Shown here: piece after piece, positions 51,513 to 61,685 of the stretch | Position numbering within the stretch: the first letter of the stretch is position 1 | How the letters are laid out: each line of letters opens with the position of its first letter | NCBI GenBank assembly: GCA_013265495.1 | Contig: MU058004.1 | Location: 126,001 to 190,000 of the forward strand | Origin: Vicugna vicugna | Lineage: Eukaryota | Reading direction: 5' to 3' | Length of the DNA: 64,000 bases | Made by a program: the position numbers and the translations under genes | The notes under the pieces: generated by a model | What the model was told of the DNA's origin: nothing | What the model saw: the letters and a program-made list of their open reading frames with translations, nothing else | The model's database searches: none

Positions 51513-51608
51513 ATCATAGGCTGCCAGGTGAGGAGGGAGCCCCCTAGCTCCACCGAACGGTACACACGTTGGATCAACCAGCTGGCGTCCGACCAGCTGC
51601 TCATCCAG
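51513..51608 (+). CDS. B3GNTL1: B3GNTL1 coding exon 6 ([32 protein letters not shown])
   Basis: tcacag|ATC acceptor and CAG|gtgcgt donor, phase 0/0. [10 protein letters not shown] is a segment I recognise from B3GNTL1. Confidence 0.95.
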
Positions 51609-52838
51609 GTGCGTCTGCCCGTCTGGGGTCGGCCACAGCCTCCCCAAGAGCGAATCTGCCTCCTGCCAGCCTCCTGCGTGCCAGGCAGGGTCCTGGGAGG
51701 AGCTCCCTGGAGAAGGGGACGCATTTCAGAGGAGCCTGGGAGGGGGCTGGAGCCAGAGGGCAGGCTTGGGGGCCGGGGCAAGGCCAAGCTGCTGGGTTTG
51801 GGGTGGGGGTGTCCAGAAAGGCCTGCATTTCTGGTGGGGCAGGGCCATCCCCAAGTAGGGCAGCTGGAGGGGGCCGGGCCTGGGAAAGTGAGCTGAGCTG
51901 CAGGCGGGCAGGGCCCGGGGGCTGGGCGTGGCAGAGGCAGAAACCAGACTGAAAAGTACCTGAGGGGCAGGCAGCCCGGGGGAGGAGGCCAGGAAGAGAC
52001 GGGTGTTAATGAGGTGTTAGGGCAGCAACTCAAGTTTCTCTGTTCCTCTGCCTTTAACAACATGCTCTCCCTCAGTGTGTCCGTAGCCACTTAAAGCTCC
52101 AGCAAATCACCCCAAAACAGAGACCAAAACAGCCTTCAGCAATTGGGAGGGCGGGGTCTGCAGGGTGGGCCAGGTCTGTTCCAGTTGCTTCTTGGCAGGG
52201 TCCTGGTGGCCCCACCAGAGACACTCCAGTCCTGCTGGATGGGCCGGTCCCAAGACCCCCGACCAGTGGTGGAGAGACGTGCTCTTCAGGACAGGGGGCC
52301 GTGTCAGAGGGGGAGGAGTGGGGAGCAGCCCCCCAGAGCCCAGCCAGGAAGTGGCTGTAAAAGGGCCGGAAATGCGCTCCCCGGTGAGGCACAGGACTCT
52401 GGTTCTCATACCAGGGTGTCCCACGTTGTGATGTCCTGTGATCCTGCTGTGTCATGAAATGCTTTTTTCTAAACTCTGGATTTTGAAAACTGAAACCCTG
52501 GTATAATGGAGTGACTCATGATGATAATAAGCTTCTGAAACTAGAGCTGCTTGTGATCAAATGCTGTGTTCGCAGAAGACCCCAGACAGTTCAGTAATGC
52601 AGGCGGACGCGACCCTCTGTGGGGCTGTTTCCCAGGCTTCTCTGGATAATCCAGATTATTTACCCTTTGCTCCAGTTTGGGGTTGGCCAGGTGCTGGAGC
52701 CACTACCGGTTGTTTGTGTGATTAAGCTTGCTTTTTAGTTCTGCTCCATTCGTGCTGGTCCACACACACACAAAATGCTTTTGTATTTGGATGTATTTTT
52801 CATGTTTTGAGATGAATATTCCACTAATGGTCTTTTGT

Positions 52839-52950
52839 AGGTAAGAGTGGTGCACGGACAGGTGAGGGTTGTGTGCTAACAGGTAAGGGTGGTGCACTGG
52901 GTGATGTACTAATAGGCAAGGATGGTGTGCTAATGGGTGAGGGTGGTGAA
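52839..52950. repeat. Degenerate minisatellite, unit about 21 bp
   Basis: aggtaagagtggtgcacggac / aggtgagggttgtgtgctaac / aggtaagggtggtgcactggg / aggcaaggatggtgtgctaat / gggtgagggtggtgaag. Confidence 0.7.
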
Positions 52951-54699
52951 GAGCCCCTGGGCGCTCTGTCGCCTTCCTGCTGCTCCTACCGCCATGAGAG
53001 CAGAAGAAGGACCTGCAGGGGTGGCTGGCGTGGCCTTGCTCGCACCTCACGCTGCGGGAGGTGCGGAGCCAGCAGGGTCTGGCGGTGGTGGTGGGAGCTC
53101 TCGGGGTTGATATGGACCGTCACGTGGTTCGGGGCAGCTTGTGGCCGCTGGGTCGGGCTGTGGCGGTACTGCTCCCTCCTGTCTGCGCTGGGCGGCCCGG
53201 GGCCACCGACAGAGCCGCCCTGGGCCTCTGGCGGTTCGGAGCTGGGGGGAGGAAGTCCCTCCTCGCTGGGTGTAGGGAGGCATAGCATGAGTCCACTGAG
53301 CCTCAGGTCTCTGAGCAGGACAGAGTCTTCTCCACTCAGGGTCAGGAAGGTGCCGAAGGCCGCAGTGCGGCTTCAGGCCGTCACCATCAGGATGAGGATC
53401 GAGACGCTCGCTGGGTCCTGGGCCCGCACCTGCCTTTCACCTCTCAGCTGGCATCTGACTCTTAAGTGTACAAACCATTGCTGGCACGTGGAGCACATGC
53501 ACCGGGCTGTAACTCCTCCCGCCATCCCAGCCCTGGCCCTTCCCTCCGGGGGATGTGCCCCTCTTTACAGACGCTCTCCCAGGTCCCTCACTGGTGATTT
53601 TGATCAGAGAATCAGGGCTGCCTTGGTGGAGAGCTGTGGGATCTTTCATGTCCTAACTGGGAAATTAAAACGTCCTGTCCAGTGTGAAAGCTCTGGCCTC
53701 CGGTGAGCCCCAGGGCCCCTGCTCACGGCCTCAGATGCGCAGCTCTGCACCCACGAGGCTCTCTGGAAACGCTCACCCCAGTCGCTGGATGCGAGGGTGG
53801 GTGCGTGAGTGTGGAGGCGGCCGTGTGGGGGAAACTGCTGAGTCGGCTTCTGCCGTGTGCTGGATTTTCTGGGAGAGCATGAGTCATGTGGAAACTATGT
53901 GGCTAAACCCTGAGGATGTAATTTAAATGCAGCACGTTTCTCCCAGAAATATGAGTTCTGAGCTAGGGGCGGACTCAGCTATTACGCGTCACAGGAACAA
54001 TTAGGGCAGAGTCCTCCTGAACAGGGTTTCTCTTTTTGGTTAGGGGAATCAGTCCAAAGTTTCTCAGAATAAACTGAAAGAAGGTATTTCTCGTTTAAGC
54101 CATTTCTCAGCTGTGACGGTGCACAGGTCACACCGCCTTGCGGGGGCTTGGTTCTTAGTCTAACCTGAGTCAGGTTTGCGAGGTGAGAGCTGCTTGATTT
54201 GGCTTGGTGTTTGTGTGTCCACTTCACTGCCTGATCAGATACTCACCAGGGGCAGAGTTAAATCGGAGTCCATAAAATGGACACTTCTGCTTCCCAGGAA
54301 CCCAGAGGTGGAAAGCTGTCTGCACAAACGGCCTGGGGCCTGTGCCAGCCTGAAAACACACCTGTGTTAGGCAGCGCCTACTTTCACCTTCAGGGGCCTG
54401 CACCTCCTGAGTCCTGACGGGGGGCAAGGGGAGGCAAAGCCAGACCGTGCCCCTGCCTCTGAGGCTGCCCCTGGGGGATCCCGGCAGCTCACATGGGTGG
54501 CTGGGCCCTTGCTGTGGCAGCACGCGAAGCTCTGGCTGCCTGGAGTAGGTGCCCAGGTTCACAGCGGAAGGAAGACAGCAGGCGTGGGTGTGAGGCGCAC
54601 CCCTCACCCCAGCCCCACCTGGTCTCGTCCTCCACGCCTGCTCCTCGCTGTCCTTGCACCTCTCTCAGGGGTCCATGCTTCCTTGGGGTCTCCGCCTAC

Positions 54700-55041
54700 T
54701 CGGGTGGCCAGAACAGATACAAAAGACAGTCCTGGAGGCTGGAAGTTGGAGATCAAGGTGCCGGCAGGTTGGTTCCCCCGAGGGCCCTCTCCGTGGCATG
54801 CAGATGGCCGAGTCCTCCCTGTGTCCTCACATGGCGCTTCCTCTCTCTGCTCACTCACTGCTGGTGACTCTTTTCTCCTCTTGTAAGGACACCAGTCCTG
54901 TTGGGTCTGGGCCCCCCTTATGACATCATTTAATCTTAATTACCTCCTTAAAGGCCTCATCTCCAAATACAGTCACATGGTGGAGGAGGAGGGGTTAGGG
55001 CCACGACATGGACTTGGAGGGGCACAGTTCAGCCCATAGCA
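54700..55041 (-). mobile_element. MLT1 (ERVL-MaLR) LTR
   Basis: 'ctggaggctggaagttggagatcaaggtgccggcagg...tcttgtaaggacaccagtc...atttaatcttaattacctccttaaaggcctcatctccaaatacagtcacat...cacagttcagcccatagca'. Confidence 0.85.
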
Positions 55042-55415
55042 GTTGGACCCCCTCCTCAGCTCCTCTGCAGCCCCTGGTGGTTCCCCTGGTCTATGCCCCG
55101 ACCCCGTGCGTCCCACAGGGCTATCACCCAGCTTTCACGTCCCTGCAGCATCTGAACAGCTTGGCATGAATGTAAATGACACAGATTTACTGCCCACCTA
55201 CCAGCACTGATGCACAGACTCTCAGTTTATCCAGCCTGTCAAGGAGTCTAGACAAGCAGAACTTCTAGAAATTTAAAGTTCGCCTCCATAAGGCCAGGCT
55301 CTTTACTTAAATCAGTGCTCCCCAAAGTGTAATCATAGAAATAGCTCAAGAACTTGAAAACAGATATCTGACTCCCTCCCAGAAGTTCTGATGTCGCGGC
55401 TTGGGAATGTGCGTT

Positions 55416-56089
55416 GTTTTGTTTTTTAATTAATTGATTGATTGATTTATAATTGAGTTTTAGTTAGATTACAATGTTGTGTCAGTTTCCAGTGTAGAGC
55501 ACAACTTTCAGTCATACGTGAATATACGTATATTCATCATCACATTCTTTTCCCCCGTGAACTATCTTGTATATACTTCCCTGTGCTCTGTGGTATAATC
55601 TTGTTTATCTATTCCATATATACCTGTCAGTATCCACCAATCTCGAACTCCCAGTCTGTCCCTTCCCACCCCCTCTTCCCCCTGGCAACCGCAAGCTTGT
55701 ATTCTATGTCTGTGAGTCTGTTTCTTTTTTATATTTAAGTTCATTTGTCTTCTTCTTTTTTTTAATTTAGATTCAGACATTTAGGTGCTTCCATGTCTTG
55801 GCTGTTGTAAATAGTGCTGCTGTGAACATTGGGGTGCATGTATCTTTTGAACTAGGGCTCCTTCTGGATATATGCCCAGGAGTGGGATTTCTGGATCGTA
55901 GGGTAAGTCTGATTTTAGTCTTTTGAGGAATCTCCATACTGTTTTCCAAAACACCTGCACCAACCTGCATTCCCTCCAGCAGTGGAGGAGGGTTCCCTTT
56001 TCTCCACAGCCTCTCCAGCATTTGTCGTTTGTGGACTTTTGAATGATGGCCATTCTGGCTGGTGTGAGGTGATACCTCAGTGTGGTTTT
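55416..56089 (-). mobile_element. Young L1 3' end with TSD
   Basis: Antisense homologue of 39503-40135, with ORF2 C-terminal remnant [26 protein letters not shown]...[16 protein letters not shown] gaatgtgc(g/a)tt at 55405-55415 and 56090-56100. Confidence 0.9.
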
Positions 56090-56199
56090 GAATGTGCATT
56101 TTTAACCACTGGCTCTACTCTAGAGGCCAGGCTGCTGCTGTCTGCTCAGAAACCTGTTTCCCCGCAGGTCATAGGGTCATTTTACAAAGTCTGCCTGGG

Positions 56200-57480
56200 G
56201 GGAGTTTTGTATTTTGGAGTAATTTCAGACTCATAGACGTTGCGGAACTGGTGGAGTTCCTAGCACCTTTCCCTGGCCCCCTTTCACAACAGCTTGTAAC
56301 CACAGTGTGGCTTTCACACCAAAGAGGCCTGTCGGCACGGCCCTGCTGGGGTGTATGCACCCTGGGGGGCTCTGCAGTCAGAATACAGGACTGTCCTTCC
56401 CCTAGAGACTGCGACTGCCGTCGCATTGCACGTGTCCTGACCTGACAGTGGCAGCTTGTCCCCGCCCTCCCTAGGGCCCGTCACTGGGACAGTTGCAGAA
56501 ATGGATCAGAAGCCTGTGTGGCCTTTCCCTCCAGCCTGGACCTACCCAAGTTGCACAAGCAACAGTTCCTTCCCTTCCCAGTGGCTCGTCACTCATCGCT
56601 GTGGGACAGATCCCTCTTGGGGCCCCTGTGGGCACTGCCATGACCCTCACACATGCCTCACGCCCCTGGGGTGCACGGCAGGTCTGGGGATGTGCGTCCC
56701 TGAGTCCGGGAGACACTCATAGGCCCCTCGTCAGCACTTGGCGGGCCAGGTTTTTCATTCTTGCGGATCCAGTAGTGGGGGCATGGTATGGCGGGTTCAC
56801 TGTCTGCACATTCCCCTAATGACAGCTTCTCGTGTGCTTATCCGTGAAGCGGCTGTTCAGAACCTCTGCCCATTTTCTCATGAGATGGTCTGTTTTCTCA
56901 CTGTTGAGTTTGAGTTTCCTTTTGGACAGAAGCCCTTCATTGGGTGTGTGGTTTGCTCATAATCTGTGGCTTTTCTTTCATCTACTTAACAGAGTCACAG
57001 AGCAGAAGTGTCTAATTTCAATGAAATCCAACTGATTGATTTTTAAACAGATTGTGCTTTGCGTATCAGCATCTAAAGAGGCTTAACCTAACCCTGGGTT
57101 GCAAAGATTTTCTCCTAAAGATGTGGTTTTACATTGTACATTTAGAGCTGTGATTCATTTTAAGTTGATTTTTGCATAAGGAGCGAGGTTTAGATCAAGG
57201 CTTTCTTTTTTTTTCTTTTGCTTACAAATATCCAAATGTTTCCACACCATTTTTGTCGAGAATAGACTTTGCCAAAAATTGGTCGGCCACGCCTGCATGA
57301 GTCTCATCCCGGACTCGACTCTGCTCTGCCAACGTGTGTCACTTGGTGGCCATATGGTCGTGGCTGCTGTAGCTGCAAAGGAGGTTTGACATCAGTTCGT
57401 GTGATTCCTCCAACTTCATCCTTCGTTTTCAAATTGTTTTTGCCATTCTGGTTCCCTTGCCTTTTCCTCTGTATATTTTC
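56200..57480 (-). mobile_element. Old L1 (L1MC/MD-like) 3' fragment
   Basis: 'ttttgtattttggagtaatttcagactcatagacgttgc' 3' end, then 'agagcagaagtgtctaatttcaatgaaatccaac...tacatttagagctgtgattcattttaagttgatttttgcata'. Confidence 0.7.
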
Positions 57481-57489
57481 TCAAGCATT

Positions 57490-58040
57490 GCGCAGTCCTT
57501 CAGTTCTGCGCAGACACTGACCAGGTGTCTTGCAGCGTCAGGGTCCCTGGTTAAGGGCTGGGCCCCCAGGGCTACCCCTCTTCAGGCCCAGTTGCAAGTC
57601 CTGGTCGTCACCTGTGCTTCTGACCCAATGGATCTCAGCTGGGGCCCCGCCACCATCCTCTGGTCAGTTAATTTGCTCAGACTGCTCACAGAGCTCAGCG
57701 AAGGGCTCGCTTGCAGGTGCCAGTGTGCTGCGACGGATTCAAGAGAGAATTTGGTGACAGCAAGCTGGGTGCGCAGGTGCACAGAAGGGTCCCCAGAGAA
57801 TAAGCAGACCCCCCCCCTCCCCTGCACTGCGCGGACTAGGGCTGCCCCCCACCGTGACCTTCGGGAGCAGTGGACCGTCATTCCTGCTGTCCAGTCTCTG
57901 GCTGCTCTGCCCTGGTCTACCCTCCTGGGTTCACACTGAGAAACCTCCTTCCCGCTTGACGCACCTCCGTCAGCACAGTGAGACCCTGGAGTGGAGGGAG
58001 TGCGCTAGCCCAGAATAATAACACAAAGTTTGTCAGAACC
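57490..58040. mobile_element. MER21-like LTR fragment
   Basis: 'cacctgtgcttctgacccaatgg...cagttaatttgctcagactgctcacagagctcagcgaa' resembles MER21-type LTR text as I recall it. Confidence 0.55.
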
Positions 58041-61000
58041 GAAGATGAGGGTGCCAGATTCAAAGGGCCCTGGGTTTCCAGCCCAGGGGTGAGAGAAGAC
58101 CCCCACGGTCAAGAGAGGACAGCAGGAACACCCGTGGTCTCGAATTTCCCAGCAGCCGCAGGGGGTCTGTGAGACCCTGGGACAGATTTCAGAGTCTCAC
58201 AGAAACGGTTTTGAATGTTGAGCTCTATGCCTGCCCAAAGCGTCAGTCCTGTGACGCTACCGCAAGGACTCCTTTGTGTGAGGATTCAAACTACTTCCCT
58301 CCTACGGAAGCTTTCTCAGAAATTTACTGGAAGACACACCATAAAATTAGGAAGCAAACTGAGGGGGAGGACGTTTCAGGACCTGGGAGCAGGTCTCCTA
58401 CCGGGGAGGGGGCCAAGGGACGCCAGGGGCGTGGGGAGGGGTAGCGTCTGTGGGAAGAGAAGTGCTTCACCCAGCAGCACGCACCTGCTTTTCTTAGACG
58501 GTGGAAATGCCAGGTGGGGAGCAAGGGAAACCACGGAGCGGCCGGTGTCCAAGGGGTGTGACAGGAGCCGTGTGACACGTCACCCAGAAGCTATGATGAC
58601 CAAGAAGTGAAAGGCGCCAGGAGTGGAGATGAGGGAGCCCTGGGCGGGAACCTCTGGACGTGGAAAGGTGGAGAAACGCTGAAGCAGCTGAAGTACCAGA
58701 GGTTCACATGTTTATGCCGATCGTTACCTGGGATGTCCCTCTGCCTCCTCCCCCGACTGCACACTCGTCCCCTGGTCTCTGTGTCCGGGGCCGCCGGCTT
58801 GCCCTGGGTACCGAGGCTAGACCTGGTGGGCGGCCACAGGGTCCTGTCCTGTCCACACAAGTGTTTGTCTTCCCTGGTTACTCTGGTCACCCCTCCCCTA
58901 ACGAGAGCGGCCCGACTACCTCCCCTGTATTTGCTGTTACACATAACAATTTCTTTAAAAAAATAGAACAAAGAAAACTTTTTAAAAATGGAAACATTTC
59001 AAGTATACAGAAGTACAGAGAATACATCACACGTCCCACCCTGCTGCAGTGCGTGCCTGTGGGGGTCCCGCTCACCACCGGTCCCGTGCTCACCTGGGCC
59101 TCGCGTCCTGCCTTGTTGGACAGTGAGCCCAGGACCCTCTTAGGTTCTGCTATTCGAACATCCAGGGCGCCCTGCCTGGTCCTCAATCACGCAGGACCTG
59201 CAGGCCGTCGGGGCAGCTGAAGCTTCTCCACGGCCAAATGTTTGCTTTTGGCATCACTTTGCTCAGTTTACACCCCAGGCGGTCACCTCCTTGGCCAGCA
59301 GCCCCATTCCGGTGCGTCGGTCTCAGTCAGCAGCACCACCTCCCTGCTTCCTGCCCACCTTTGGCCACCCCTCCCCAAACGCAGCTGAGAAAAGTGCGAC
59401 CTGGGTGATGGGCGGCTTGGGGATGCCACATGGTCCCCTCAGTTGACAAGGATGTGGGAGAAACCGGAGAGTGAATAGGATGGTCTTGAGCAGCTGAGAG
59501 CCAGGGTGGGGAGGCGGGTGTCCCCTGGGGACAGCTGGGTGGAGGCGAGAGGGCAGCTTGCCCTGCGAGGTCAGAGCTGCGGGCGGTGCATGGTTGGAGG
59601 GGCACAGAGGCGGGAGGCCCCAGAAGGCTCTCAGGAGGTGGAGGGCTCAGGCCACGATGCAGGTCAGCGGCAGCTCCATGAAGAAAGCGCTGGTGTCTTG
59701 CTGCCGAGTCCGTGCTGGAGTAGATGCCCCGACTGGTCACTGCCCTGGAGGCGCTGCTTTCTCAGCCACATTACCTCTCCAGCTCAGTTTCACTGTTGGT
59801 AAAATGTGAGGGTTTAACAGACGCCCAGACTCTGAGGCCGACCATCTGTAACCCACGCACGTTTGAAGACATTAGCAAAACTCTGCAGGTAGCTTTCAGC
59901 CGATTTAGAGGACGGGGCGTGCAGTGGGCTTGTGGTCACAGGGGTCCTCTCCTCCCATGCGCCCCGGACCCCACCCCGCATCTGCTCAGTAGTAGCTGCT
60001 GTGGAAGGACCTGGCCATCCAAGCCATGTCACCACAGCCAGGGTGTCAGAGGTCACCCGGTCCTACCCTGGGAACGGCGGCCCACACACTTGTCTCACTG
60101 TGTCTGCCCTTCACCACTCAGCGCTTCTTACCCACTTCCAGCCACTACGTTCATGAAAGTTAGAAAGTGCCTGTTTTGAAACAGATTAACCTGTACTGTT
60201 TTTCTTCATTTTCTCATTTGAAAGGAGAGTGTATCCTAAGGGGGCATCTGAGCTTTTACCACCACATTAGAAAGTGCTTGCTTACCAGCTTTCTCTAAAA
60301 CATACTGCTGAGAAAGGAAGTTTTATTACTGCCTGCATCTTTATTAAATCCAGCAGCCACAGGTTTTGGGTTTCACATCAAAGTTTATCCTTGTTGCCAT
60401 GTGAGTGTTAAAATGTCAGAACACTGGAAAATTTGTTATCTGTCTAAAGATAGTCTTCCAACAAATTAGAATTAGAAGTAAGGATAATAAACCACAGGAA
60501 TCTGGAAATGAGTCATGTAAACTTTGCTCTTTTTCTCCAAGAACTCACAACACTTCCTGGTAAGATATAGCTAATGAGGCCTGTAAATTTCATTAAATGC
60601 TTCATTTTCTCTCATTAAGTCATGGGCTGCTGCTTTGTAAATACAAGCGGAGCTCATTTTGGTCTATAACTCTTGCACCAGAAGCGTTTGGAAGCATCCT
60701 TCCTATCCATACACGTTTTCCAGGTGCCTCGGGAGGGTGGACCCCACAGGACAGAGCATGGCCAGGCGCTTATGGAATTCCAGTTGGTTCTGTGTGGCAA
60801 AGTAAGGGGAGAGCCCAAAAACCAACTCCCTGGTCCCCGGAGAGCATGGACCTGGGCCTCGCCTGGAATCCCTCTCTTTTTAACAATGTTCTGATGATTC
60901 ACTTGGTGACACATCAGAACCAGAAGAGGGCGTGACAACCTGCGAGCAAAAGAGGAGAAAAAAATTGATGAAAAGGGGGGGCGTCTCCAGGGAGAGGGGC

Positions 61001-61364
61001 TTCCAGAGTGTTGGCTGGCGGCTGGCGGCTGGCAGGCTGTGTACCCGGCTGTGTTGGGGCGGTGGCGGGCAGACACCGCGGGTCCCTCCCTCCCTCCCGG
61101 CGGCCCATTGCGCCCTCTGCCGCCTGCCTTGCCGACATCTACCCAAACGTGTACCAGCGCGGAGCACAGCAGTGAAAGCCTTTGCTGTGCACCTGCCTGC
61201 CTTGGGGTCGGGGAGCTGGCAGTTTCTGTGCCTCGTTAATCATTGCCCCTGCCGCGGTGGGTGGGGCAGAGGGGAGACGCGGGCTTCTTCCAGGTTTCAG
61301 TTACCAGAGAAGCAGTTTTTGTGTCAATTGAAGGCCATGCCCCTGCTCGCGGTTACATTGGGCG

Positions 61365-61685
61365 AGGGTGGGGAGCACACTGGCTCAAGGGCCAGGTCTG
61401 CTCTGCTGCCCGCTTTTGTAAATAAAGTTTATTGGCACAATGTCGCGCTGTCTGCCGATACCTGGGACACAGGCCCTGCTCACGAGTCACAGGGACGTGA
61501 GGTTTGTTAGCAGTGGTGGCAGCGCCGTGCATCTCTGGGGCACTGGGCATCTCCGTCCCCACTTCTGCGGGGCAGGGGCTCTGGTGAAAGGTGGCTTCAC
61601 CGTGGCCTGCCGCATGCTCTCCCTGGGGGCACCGTGTGGCTGAAGGGGCCCCCAAGTGTGTGGTGCCCAGAGCGGCTGACCCTTT
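61365..61685. mobile_element. MER58-family MITE, degenerate
   Basis: 'gggccaggtctgctctgctgcccgcttttgtaaataaagttttattggcaca'. Confidence 0.6.

Larger units (their letters stand above)
12863..51608 (+). other. B3GNTL1: B3GNTL1/QTGAL gene, 5' part (coding exons 1-6; gene continues past the window)
   Basis: The six exons splice in frame to [168 protein letters not shown]. This matches the mammalian B3GNTL1 N-terminal GT2/GT-A domain as I recall it. Introns are 1705, 98, 6461, 19481 and 10497 nt, all GT-AG. Confidence 0.95.

Noticed and set aside
51192..52950. Short repeat arrays as CRISPR-like structures
   Set aside because: Degenerate head-to-tail minisatellites with no unique spacers, in a mammalian intron with no cas genes.
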